Shown one piece after another: positions 33,397-41,153 of a DNA stretch of 41,153 bases. The stretch is from Burkholderiales bacterium. Its GTDB lineage: Bacteria; Pseudomonadota; Gammaproteobacteria; Burkholderiales; SG8-41. The notes under the pieces were generated by a model that made no database searches, was not told where the DNA came from, and was given only the letters and a program-made list of their open reading frames with translations. The position numbers and the translations under genes were made by a program. Numbering within the stretch: position 1 is the first letter of the stretch; each line of letters starts with the position of its first letter. The stretch spans positions 1 through 41,153 of the forward strand of contig CAKKQX010000296.1 in the NCBI GenBank assembly GCA_919902235.1. Reading direction: 5' to 3'.

Positions 33397-34779
33397 TTGT
33401 CACAGCGGCACAAAAAAAAATCCAATGAGTGGCCTGTCTATGTGACGGCCGGCCCTTTCATGTTTTTCAGCGGTCAACTGGGTTCCACACATGAAGGCAG
33501 GTTGATCACGCGTTACGCTGAGACCCCTAACGCAGGGGCGCGAACGAACACCTCGTTCGACTGGGTCAGTGACATGGAGGCACCCGTAGGCGGACAGGCG
33601 ATCGCTATCTACGAGCGCTACCGCGAGATGCTCGCACGGGAAGGGAGCAATCTGGAGCACCTGCTACGCTATCACATCTACCAGCGCGACAAACACTTCT
33701 TTTCCGTGTTTGACCGCATACGCCGGACTTACGAAACAAAGCCACCGGCCAGCACGGCAGTAGGCCTGGGGCGTTTCGATCCGCTCGGCCGTGCCACCTT
33801 GTGCATAGACGCCATCGCGCTGCGCGCCTCGGCGGAAGGGGTGCTTGGTCCACGCAGCGTGCTGTCAGGTTCGGCGAGACACCTTGCCCCCGCAACCTTT
33901 TCAAATGTCATCGGCGCCGGTCCTTATATTTTCCTCGCGGGACAGATTCCCATCGACACGTCCAGGCCGGGCGCGCCGCTCATACGCGGCTATGACGACA
34001 TACCAAAGGAGGGACGCTTCCTGCGCGTTGGCCGCAGTCACGAGGACACGCGTAATGGTCCCATCGCAGCACAGACCTGGTTTACCTACGATCTGATCCG
34101 GCAACATCTCGAGGCCGTCGGATCCTCGCTGGACCAGATATTGAATCTTGTCGTGTACCTGCAGGATATCCGGGATTTCCCCACGTTTCACCGGGTGCAC
34201 GAACGGTTTTTTGGATCAAGCGCACCAGCACTCACGGTTACGGAGTCCGCGGAGGTCGGGCACAAGGGTACACTTATCGAGATCGAACCGACAGCCGTTA
34301 TTCCCGGTCGGGGAGTGGAACGTCTCGTGCTGCAGCCACCCGGCTGGCGCGCCCCCGCTCACATGAGCGCAGCAGTCTGCGGCGGCGGCCTCGTGTTTTT
34401 CTCGGGACTCGTCGGGGCGAGCGAATCAGGCATGCCCGTCGAAACCGCGGCGGAACTGCCTATGCAAGCGCAGAAATACATCAGCCCTGGGCTTGATTCC
34501 GATCCTTATGCGCTTCAGGCAGCCGCTGCGGTGATACGACTGGTCGCGCAGCTCAACGCGCTCAAACGTCATCTCAAAGACATCGCACATCTGACAGTAT
34601 ACATAGACAATATCGACCGCTTTACGGTGGTCGAGAAGGTGCTCGCTGACGTATTGGGAACATGGCGCCCTGCAATCACGCTGCTCGAGGTTCCTGCTGT
34701 TGCCCCTATGCGAGGCGCGCGTGTGTCGCTGACTGCGATTGGCTGGTTCGGGAAAGATGCACCAAAATCGAACATGTAG
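33397..34779 (+). CDS. Three tandem Rid (YjgF/UK114) domains in a single polypeptide
   Basis: Proposed TTG start at 33397, 6 nt after GAAGGAG; the track ORF starts at a TTG at 33298. Three modules each carry GPFMFFSGQ / GPYIFLAGQ / GGLVFFSGL and PASTAV..LCIDAIAL / PALTVT..LIEIEPTAV / PAITLL..VSLTAIGW. Confidence 0.75.
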   Translation: MSQRHKKKSNEWPVYVTAGPFMFFSGQLGSTHEGRLITRYAETPNAGARTNTSFDWVSDMEAPVGGQAIAIYERYREMLAREGSNLEHLLRYHIYQRDKHFFSVFDRIRRTYETKPPASTAVGLGRFDPLGRATLCIDAIALRASAEGVLGPRSVLSGSARHLAPATFSNVIGAGPYIFLAGQIPIDTSRPGAPLIRGYDDIPKEGRFLRVGRSHEDTRNGPIAAQTWFTYDLIRQHLEAVGSSLDQILNLVVYLQDIRDFPTFHRVHERFFGSSAPALTVTESAEVGHKGTLIEIEPTAVIPGRGVERLVLQPPGWRAPAHMSAAVCGGGLVFFSGLVGASESGMPVETAAELPMQAQKYISPGLDSDPYALQAAAAVIRLVAQLNALKRHLKDIAHLTVYIDNIDRFTVVEKVLADVLGTWRPAITLLEVPAVAPMRGARVSLTAIGWFGKDAPKSNM

Positions 34780-34932
34780 TGGATCGGATCCGTCACGCGC
34801 GCGAGCAGGGCGTACCACAGTCGGAATCCGTGTAACTGCCCAGGCGCAGCAGCCAGGCAAAGGCTGCAAAAATTGCAAAGTGCCGGATTGAAGGCACGAT
34901 ATTCCTTTTGCTGATTTCGAAGATAGTCCAGT

Positions 34933-35796
34933 TCATAGCTTGCCGAAGCCGAACAGCGTTTGCGGATTGTCGACCAGCACTTTGCGGCGCAGCGATTCCT
35001 CGGGCAGCCATGCGCCGAGCAGATTGAGAAGCTGCACGCTGCCCACTTTGTCGGCGAAGGATAGGTGCGGATGATCGCTGCCCCAAATTAGCCGCTCCGG
35101 CGCGGCCTTCGCTACGGCGCGCACCATGGGCGCGGCGTCGGCGAAATCGGGCGCGGTGGCGAAGCGGTAGGGCGCGGTCAGCTTGAGCCAGCAGCGACCG
35201 CCATCGCACAGCTTGAGCAGGTCGCGGAATCCCGCTTGATCGACGCCGTCCTTTGCCAGGAACATGCCGATGTGGCAGAGAATGAAATCGATGTCGAGTT
35301 TGCGCAGCGTCGGCATCAGCGCATGCGTGAGCCAGCCCGGACCGAGAAACTCCAGCACCCAGCCCAGGCCCTTCAGGCGGTTTTCCAGCGTCCTGATGCG
35401 GCCGAGCAGCGCATCGGCGCGGCCAGGATCGTACGGTGCAACGGGGGAGGTATTGATGCGCACCCCGCGCACCCCGCGCGCATGCAACGCCTCGATTTCG
35501 GCGTCTGCCAGGTTTTCAGCGATGTCGACGATGCCGAAACAGGGGGCGTTTATACGCGCCATCGAGTCGAGCATATAGCGGTTGTCGGTGCCGTAAGCGC
35601 TGGGCTGCACGAACACGAAGCGTTCCATGCCGAGTTTTTTTGCGAGCTGCAGGTAAGCGTCGAGCGGCGCATATGGGGGATCGTAGCGCGCGCGCGAGGC
35701 AGGCGGATAGTTGTCGGGCGGGCCAAAGACGTGGAAATGCGTGTCGCAGGCCCCGGGCGGGGCCTTGAATGCGGGTTGGAGTTTTTCTTCGAGCAT
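34933..35796 (-). CDS. Amidohydrolase-2 family metal-dependent hydrolase (LigI/ACMSD-like)
   Basis: From the ATG at 35796: CDTHFHVFGP (HxH metal site), FVFVQPSAYG, CHIG and IWGSDHPH, typical of PF04909. 287 aa. The upstream track extension is rejected. Confidence 0.8.
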   Translation of the reverse strand: MLEEKLQPAFKAPPGACDTHFHVFGPPDNYPPASRARYDPPYAPLDAYLQLAKKLGMERFVFVQPSAYGTDNRYMLDSMARINAPCFGIVDIAENLADAEIEALHARGVRGVRINTSPVAPYDPGRADALLGRIRTLENRLKGLGWVLEFLGPGWLTHALMPTLRKLDIDFILCHIGMFLAKDGVDQAGFRDLLKLCDGGRCWLKLTAPYRFATAPDFADAAPMVRAVAKAAPERLIWGSDHPHLSFADKVGSVQLLNLLGAWLPEESLRRKVLVDNPQTLFGFGKL

Positions 35797-36104
35797 GGTT
35801 TTGCGGGAGCGTTCCGTTGAAAATCCGGCGCGCGTATTGCGCACCTGAACATGGGTGTATCGGGCCAAAACCCGCATTGTATGGCAATCGCCGCAGGCGC
35901 TGCAGCTCCTGCGGCCATGCCCGGGCCAATGAAATACGGCCTGCCGCTGCGGAGGAATCCCGCTTACATAAGCGGGCCCGATTTTTCTACCTCCTGTATC
36001 ATGTGGAGCTTTCCGAAAAAACACGCAAAAAGCACGGGATGGGGGATGTATTTCCTGTCCCGGCAGTGGTTTTTCGACGGCATTTCGAAGGAATCCTGAA
36101 CACC

Positions 36105-37205
36105 ATGGCTATCAGCCCGATCACCGAAATCATCGCCGACATCAAGGCCGGCAGAATGGTTGTGCTCGTCGACGAGGAAGACCGCGAAAACGAGGGCGAT
36201 TTGCTGATGGCGGCAGAATTCGCTACGCCCGAGGCCATCAACTTCATGGCGCGCTACGGCAGGGGGCTCATCTGCCTGACGCTGAACGAAGAGCGCTGCC
36301 GGCAGCTCAACCTGCCGCTGATGGTTTCCAACAACCGCTCGCCGCTGGGCACCAATTTCACGCTGTCGATCGAGGCCGCCGAGGGCGTGACCACCGGCAT
36401 TTCCGCCGCTGATCGCGCGCGCACCGTGCAGGCCGCGATACGCGCCGATGCCGGGCCGCGCGACATCGTGCAACCGGGACATATTTTTCCGCTGATGGCG
36501 CAGGACGGTGGCGTGCTGGTGCGCGCCGGCCATACCGAAGCGGGCTGCGACCTGGCACGGCTCGCGGGTGTGCTGCCGGCGGCGGTGATCTGCGAAATCC
36601 TCAAGGACAACGGCGAGATGGCGCGCCTGCCCGATCTGGAGGAGTTCGCCGCGCAGCATAAACTCAGGATCGGCACCATCGCCGATCTCATTCACTACCG
36701 CAGCAGTACCGAGTCGCTGGTCAGGCGCGCGGCGGAGCGCGATATCGAAACCGTGCACGGCCGTTTCCGGCTGTGTGCCTACAGCGACAAGATCGGCAAG
36801 GCCACGCATCTGGCGCTGGTCAAGGGCGAACCGCGGGCGGACAGGGAAGTGCTGGTACGCGTGCACGAACCCCTGTCGGTGATCGATTTGCTGGATGCCG
36901 GCAGTACCAGCCACTCATGGAACTTCCACGATGCGCTGGCAGCCATAAGCAGGGCGGAATGCGGCGTGATCGTGCTGCTGCACCGCCTGGAAACGGCGGA
37001 TGAACTGCTGGCACACGTGCGGCCGCAGCATGAGAACGGCACGACATCCAAGATCGCGCTTCGCAATTACGGCATAGGCGCGCAGATACTGCGCGATCTC
37101 AAGGTCAGGAAAATGCGCCTGCTGGCGCTGCCGCGCCGCATGCCCAGCATGACGGGCTTCGACCTCGAAGTGACCGGCTATCTGCAGCCCCATGAAAAAT
37201 ATTAA
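36105..37205 (+). CDS. ribBA: 3,4-dihydroxy-2-butanone-4-phosphate synthase fused to a degenerate GTP cyclohydrolase II-like domain (RibBX type)
   Basis: The ATG at 36105 gives MAISPITEIIADIKAGRMVVLVDEEDRENEGDL..., a canonical RibB. The C-terminal domain aligns to RibA but reads VRVHEPLSVIDLLDAGSTSHSW where RibA has the zinc-ligand cysteines (VHSECLTGD...LRCDCG). Confidence 0.9.
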   Translation: MAISPITEIIADIKAGRMVVLVDEEDRENEGDLLMAAEFATPEAINFMARYGRGLICLTLNEERCRQLNLPLMVSNNRSPLGTNFTLSIEAAEGVTTGISAADRARTVQAAIRADAGPRDIVQPGHIFPLMAQDGGVLVRAGHTEAGCDLARLAGVLPAAVICEILKDNGEMARLPDLEEFAAQHKLRIGTIADLIHYRSSTESLVRRAAERDIETVHGRFRLCAYSDKIGKATHLALVKGEPRADREVLVRVHEPLSVIDLLDAGSTSHSWNFHDALAAISRAECGVIVLLHRLETADELLAHVRPQHENGTTSKIALRNYGIGAQILRDLKVRKMRLLALPRRMPSMTGFDLEVTGYLQPHEKY

Positions 37206-37229
37206 ATATATTATATAAATCAATTAGTT

Positions 37230-37709
37230 ATGTCAAAATACGACAACATAGAAGAAGTGGATCCGGATTTGCGCGGCGCAGGCCTGCGCATCGGCATAGT
37301 GATGAGCCGGTTCAATACCGATATCGGCGAGGGACTGCTGTCAAGTTGCACCGCGGCGCTGATCAAGCATGGCGTGCGCGCGGCCGATATGATCATCGTC
37401 ACCGTTCCCGGTGCGCTCGAAGTGCCGCTCGCGCTGCAGAAAATGGCGCAAAGCGGGCGTTACGACGCGCTGATCGCACTCGGCGCGGTGATCCGCGGCG
37501 AAACCTATCATTTCGAGATCGTTTCCAACGAAGCGAGCGGCGGCGTCACTGCGGTGCAGCTGGATAGCGGGGTGCCGATCGCCAATGGCATCCTGACCAC
37601 CGAGAACGACGATCAGGCGCTGGCGCGCATGGCGGAAAAAGGCGCGGATTGCGCCAAGACGGCGATCGAAATGGCGAACCTGTTGCGGCGGATCGGCGAT
37701 GAAAAGTAG
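37230..37709 (+). CDS. ribH: 6,7-dimethyl-8-ribityllumazine synthase
   Basis: [18 protein letters not shown] and [12 protein letters not shown]. 159 aa. Confidence 0.95.
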   Translation: MSKYDNIEEVDPDLRGAGLRIGIVMSRFNTDIGEGLLSSCTAALIKHGVRAADMIIVTVPGALEVPLALQKMAQSGRYDALIALGAVIRGETYHFEIVSNEASGGVTAVQLDSGVPIANGILTTENDDQALARMAEKGADCAKTAIEMANLLRRIGDEK

Positions 37710-38124
37710 CCGGCGGCGCTCGCGCGAGTTCGTGTTGCAGGGCCTGTATCAGTGGCAGCTGGCGCAGACCGATCCCCAAAACATCGCCAAACAGCTGGCC
37801 GAAGCCAAGGGTTTTGAGAAAATAGACACCGAGTATTTCATGGCGCTGCTCAACGGAACGGTGGGCAATGCGCCTGCACTCGAGCAGGAAATCGCGCCTT
37901 GTCTCGACCGCGGATTCAAGCACCTGAGCCCGGTCGAACGCGGCATCCTGTTGCTTGCATGCTTTGAATTCATGCATCAGCCGCAAGTGCCGTACCGGGT
38001 GGTGATCAATGAAGCGGTCGAGCTGGCCAAAGCCTACGGCGGCACCGACGGCCACAAATTCGTCAATGGCGTGCTCGATAAACTCGCGTCGCGCGTGCGG
38101 ACAGCGGAGATGGGAGCGGCATAA
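37699..38124 (+). CDS. nusB: Transcription antitermination factor NusB
   Basis: [17 protein letters not shown], and the [16 protein letters not shown]-terminus. Overlaps the ribH stop. Confidence 0.93.
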   Translation: MKSSRRRSREFVLQGLYQWQLAQTDPQNIAKQLAEAKGFEKIDTEYFMALLNGTVGNAPALEQEIAPCLDRGFKHLSPVERGILLLACFEFMHQPQVPYRVVINEAVELAKAYGGTDGHKFVNGVLDKLASRVRTAEMGAA

Positions 38125-38155
38125 TGACGCGTTTACAAAAATAGTGGAGAACGAT

Positions 38156-38407
38156 GTGGATCCAAGACTGAAAAGGCGGATTTTCTATTTTTATTTTGCC
38201 GGGTTGGTCAATCTCGTGCTGGGCCTCTACGTGCTGATATACGGCAGATCTTTTCTTTCGCAGGGCACGGTATTGATGCTGGTGCTGTTCTTCTTCGGCT
38301 TTGCCGCAGTCGATTTTTATTTTCCGCAGGCGTTGAAAAAGAAATGGGCCGATTACCAGAAGCAGCTCGCGCAGGAGCAGCAGCGCAAACAGTCCGGTCA
38401 GGCCTGA
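38156..38407 (+). CDS. Small two-TM membrane protein, unknown function
   Basis: GTG at 38156, 6 nt after GGAG (alternative GTG at 38144). ...RRIFYFYFAGLVNLVLGLYVLIYG...GTVLMLVLFFFGFAAVDFYFP followed by a charged tail KKKWADYQKQLAQEQQRKQ. The part of the track ORF that overlaps nusB is rejected. Confidence 0.5.
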   Translation: MDPRLKRRIFYFYFAGLVNLVLGLYVLIYGRSFLSQGTVLMLVLFFFGFAAVDFYFPQALKKKWADYQKQLAQEQQRKQSGQA

Positions 38408-38432
38408 GCGGACCCGGCGGCGGTGTGATTCC

Positions 38433-39401
38433 ATGCTGTCCGAGTTCGAACTGATCCGGCGCTACTTTACGCACCCCGCGCGCAACGCGCGGCTGGGCGT
38501 GGGCGACGATGCGGCGCTGGTGCGCGTGCGCCGCGGCATGGAACTGGCGGTTTCGACGGACATGCTGGTTGCAGGGCGGCATTTTTTCGCGGCTGCCGAT
38601 CCCGAAAAACTGGGCCACAAGGCGCTGGCGGTCAACCTTTCCGACATGGCGGCAATGGGCGCGACGCCGCGCTGGGCGACGTTGTCGCTGGCATTGCCGG
38701 CAATCGACCCCGCCTGGCTGGACGCATTTGCGCGCGGCTTCATGCGGCTTGCCCGCCGCCACGGCGTGGATCTCGTCGGCGGCGATACCACGCGCGGCCC
38801 GCTCAACATCTGCGTGCAGATCATGGGCGAAGTTCCCGCCGGCCAGGCGCTGACCCGCGCCCGCGCGCGCGCCGGCGACGACATCTGGGTGTCGGGACAA
38901 CTGGGCGATGCCGCGCTCGCGCTGGCGGCATTGAAAAAGCGCATCCGTCTCAAGCCGCGCGAAGCGGCGGCGGCGGCGCGGCGGCTGCATGCGCCCGCGG
39001 CGCGCATCGCGCTTGGCACGGCGCTGCGTAAAATCGCGCACAGCGCAATCGACATTTCCGACGGATTGGTCGCCGATCTCGGCCATATCTGCGAGTGCTC
39101 CGGCGTGGCTGCAGTGATCGAGTACGAGCAACTTCCGGTATCGCCGGTATTGCGGCGTTATCTCGACCGGCCCGCGGCGCGCAGGGCGCTGCTGGCCGGC
39201 GGCGATGATTACGAATTGTGTTTCACGGCGGCGCGCACGCGGCGCAACCGGGTTGAGCGCGCGGGATTGCGCGCGGGCGTGAAAGTGGCGCGTATCGGCC
39301 GTATCATCGCGCCGCCAGCCGGTGCGTGGGGGGTGGTGGTGACGGACCGCGACGGCATGCCGCTTAAGCCCGGCCGCACCGGATTCGATCACTTTGGCTG
39401 A
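38433..39401 (+). CDS. thiL: Thiamine-monophosphate kinase
   Basis: GVGDDAALV, AVNLSDMAAMGATP, GGDTTRGP and ISDGL motifs. 322 aa. Confidence 0.92.
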   Translation: MLSEFELIRRYFTHPARNARLGVGDDAALVRVRRGMELAVSTDMLVAGRHFFAAADPEKLGHKALAVNLSDMAAMGATPRWATLSLALPAIDPAWLDAFARGFMRLARRHGVDLVGGDTTRGPLNICVQIMGEVPAGQALTRARARAGDDIWVSGQLGDAALALAALKKRIRLKPREAAAAARRLHAPAARIALGTALRKIAHSAIDISDGLVADLGHICECSGVAAVIEYEQLPVSPVLRRYLDRPAARRALLAGGDDYELCFTAARTRRNRVERAGLRAGVKVARIGRIIAPPAGAWGVVVTDRDGMPLKPGRTGFDHFG

Positions 39402-39888
39402 TCTGATTGCAAAGCCTTCATGGCGTTTCGTTTGGCGCCATCCCGCGCACTGGCTGGCATTCGGCGGCGGCATCGGCCTGCTGCCTGTGGCGCCGGGCAC
39501 GGCCGGCACGCTGCTCGCGTTGCCGCTGTTCTGGCTGCTCGCGCCGCGTGTTGCGGCTTTCGAACTGCTGGCGCTGATCGCGGCCATGTTCGCGGCCGGT
39601 ATCTGGGCCTGCGGCCGGACCGGGCGCGCGCTCGGCGTGGCGGACCATGGCGGCATGGTGTGGGACGAGATCGTTGCGTTCATGCTGGTGCTGTTCTTCA
39701 CGCCCGATAATCTGTACTGGCAGGCGTTCGCATTCCTGCTGTTCCGGCTGTTTGATATTTTCAAGCCGCCGCCGATCGCCTACTATGACCGCACCTTCAA
39801 GAGCGGCTTCGGTGTGATGCTCGATGACCTGATCGCGGCGTTTTACGTCCTGGTGCTGCTGGCGCTGGCAAGCGCTGTGTTGAGATGA
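39394..39888 (+). CDS. pgpA: Phosphatidylglycerophosphatase A
   Basis: GGGIGLLPVAPGTAGTLLALPL, VWDEIVAF and DIFKPPPI motifs. TTG start overlapping the thiL stop; the exact start is uncertain. Confidence 0.87.
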   Translation: MADLIAKPSWRFVWRHPAHWLAFGGGIGLLPVAPGTAGTLLALPLFWLLAPRVAAFELLALIAAMFAAGIWACGRTGRALGVADHGGMVWDEIVAFMLVLFFTPDNLYWQAFAFLLFRLFDIFKPPPIAYYDRTFKSGFGVMLDDLIAAFYVLVLLALASAVLR

Positions 39889-39899
39889 GGAAACAGGGT

Positions 39900-40412
39900 A
39901 TGGCGGACGCTGGACTGTATGCATTGGCCGAACACGTCGGGCAGGCGTTGAAGACACGAGGGTTCATGCTGGCAACGGCCGAATCCTGCACCGGCGGCTG
40001 GATTGCCGAGGCGGTGACCATGGTGCCCGGCAGTTCGGCTTGGTTCGAGCGTGGATTTGTCACTTATACCTATATTTCCAAACGCGAAATGCTCGGCGTG
40101 AAGGCGGCAACGCTGGAACAGCACGGCGCGGTATCCGAGCACACGGTCGCGGAGATGGCACAGGGCGCACTTGCGGGCAGTCACGCCCAGATTGCGGTGG
40201 CGGTGAGCGGCACTGCCGGTCCCGGCGGCGGCACGCCAGGCAAACCAGTGGGCACGGTATGCATCGCCTGGAACGCGAAGGGCGGTGCGGCGAGGAGCGA
40301 AACGCAACATTTTGCGGGCGACCGTGAAATGGTGCGCAAGCAGTCGGTGCTGCGCGCATTGCAGGGTATTCTGGATTTGCTGCAGGATGAGGAAAATAAG
40401 CAGGAAAAATAA
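39900..40412 (+). CDS. pncC: CinA-family nicotinamide-nucleotide amidohydrolase (PncC domain only)
   Basis: LATAESCTGGWIAEAVT, GVVSY-like FVTYTYISKREMLGV and VSGTAGPGGGTPGKPVGTV. The ATG at 39900 follows AGGAAACAGGG; an ATG at 39885 is an alternative. Confidence 0.85.
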   Translation: MADAGLYALAEHVGQALKTRGFMLATAESCTGGWIAEAVTMVPGSSAWFERGFVTYTYISKREMLGVKAATLEQHGAVSEHTVAEMAQGALAGSHAQIAVAVSGTAGPGGGTPGKPVGTVCIAWNAKGGAARSETQHFAGDREMVRKQSVLRALQGILDLLQDEENKQEK

Positions 40413-40545
40413 ACACTAAATGACCGCAAGTCATCCGCGGGCAGGCGCCTGCGTTAAGGGTTTCTGATACGGAGCTTCCGATGCCGGGCATTAGAGGCTG
40501 CAGGCGACTTGTGACATAATCCAAAAATTATTTGCAGGGGTCAAA

Positions 40546-41153
40546 ATGGACGAGAACAAGAGTAAAGCTTTATCCGCCGCGCTATCCCAGATCGAAAAGC
40601 AGTTCGGCAAGGGTTCCATCATGCGCATGGGCGAGGCGGAAATCGCGCGCGACATCCAGGTGGTTTCCACCGGTTCGCTCGGACTCGATCTGGCGCTGGG
40701 CATAGGTGGATTGCCGCGGGGTCGCGTGGTCGAGATCTACGGTCCGGAATCTTCCGGCAAAACCACGCTGACGCTGTCGGTGATTGCCGAGATGCAGAAA
40801 CTGGGCGGTACCGCTGCGTTCATCGATGCCGAGCACGCGCTCGATCCGCAGTACGCGGCCAAACTCGGCGTCGATGTCGAGCAATTGCTGATTTCGCAGC
40901 CCGACAACGGCGAACAGGCGCTGGAGATAGCCGACATGCTGGTGCGTTCGAGCTCGGTTGACGTGGTGGTCATCGACTCGGTTGCGGCGCTGGTGCCCAA
41001 AGCGGAGATCGAAGGCGAAATGGGCGAGCCACAGATGGGTCTGCAGGCGCGGCTCATGTCGCAGGCGTTGCGCAAGCTGACTGCCAATATCAAGCGCTCC
41101 AACACGCTGGTGATTTTCATCAACCAGATCCGCATGAAAATCGGCGTCATGTT
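40546..41153 (+). CDS. recA: Recombinase RecA, 5' partial (runs off the window end)
   Basis: My own translation, as the ORF is open-ended and absent from the track: [30 protein letters not shown]...[15 protein letters not shown]...IDAEHALDP...[21 protein letters not shown]. Confidence 0.97.
   Translation, partial: MDENKSKALSAALSQIEKQFGKGSIMRMGEAEIARDIQVVSTGSLGLDLALGIGGLPRGRVVEIYGPESSGKTTLTLSVIAEMQKLGGTAAFIDAEHALDPQYAAKLGVDVEQLLISQPDNGEQALEIADMLVRSSSVDVVVIDSVAALVPKAEIEGEMGEPQMGLQARLMSQALRKLTANIKRSNTLVIFINQIRMKIGVM

Noticed and set aside
35797-36104. Possible FMN (RFN) riboswitch in the 308-nt leader upstream of ribBA. A hairpin CCCGCTTacatAAGCGGG at 35959-35976 is followed, 5 nt later, by a T5 run at 35982-35986.
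   Set aside because: I could not find the conserved RFN core (GGGCGGGGTGAAATTCCCCACCGGCGGT ... GCCGACGGT.AAGTCCGGATG). Only loose resemblances exist, such as GGGCCAATGAAATACGGCC. The T-run is separated from the stem. Running Infernal with RF00050 would settle it.
40413-40545. LexA/SOS box upstream of recA.
   Set aside because: There is no CTGT-N8-ACAG motif in the 133-nt spacer. There is only a GCAGGCGCCTGC palindrome, which does not fit the LexA consensus.
1-41153. tRNA, rRNA, tmRNA, RNase P or SRP RNA genes, and recognisable defence systems (restriction-modification, toxin-antitoxin, Cas, abortive-infection NTPases).
   Set aside because: By eye I found none of their conserved boxes (for example GGTTCGAATCC T-loops) in the intergenic regions. 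Every ORF over 120 aa has a plausible metabolic or housekeeping assignment. A covariance-model scan would be needed for certainty.

Overview
High-GC (about 65-70% in core genes) chromosomal window. The gene order looks betaproteobacterial, though this is inference from synteny and no search was run. Most of it is housekeeping: aminotransferase, hrpA, rlmJ, mog, yjgA, pmbA, a TRAP transporter, glyA-nrdR-ribD-ribE, ribBA(X)-ribH-nusB-thiL-pgpA-pncC and a 5' partial recA. All family calls come from motifs read in the supplied translations. Three regions stand out. (1) 29.4-35.8 kb: a lower-GC block splits the riboflavin operon between ribE and ribBA. It carries a GntR/HutC regulator, a Bug/TctC receptor, an M20 hydrolase, a single-domain Rid protein and a single chain with three tandem Rid/YjgF domains. 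All four Rid domains lack the RidA catalytic Arg. A probable IS3-type stub marks the left edge. (2) 13.7-17.9 kb: a ComA-family phosphosulfolactate-synthase homologue sits in one operon with two TauD/TfdA dioxygenases, next to a divergent Bug/TctC receptor. A 12-13-bp tandem array and gene remnants lie beside it. (3) Several short repeat families: a 9-bp-periodic ATCCTG motif directly upstream of start codons, a GGAGAGG..GGTGA palindromic element with one in-frame copy inside hrpA, and a 33-nt homopurine tract before nrdR. I found no rRNA, tRNA, CRISPR array, intact mobile element or recognisable defence system. The triple-Rid protein and its island are my best candidate for something undescribed.
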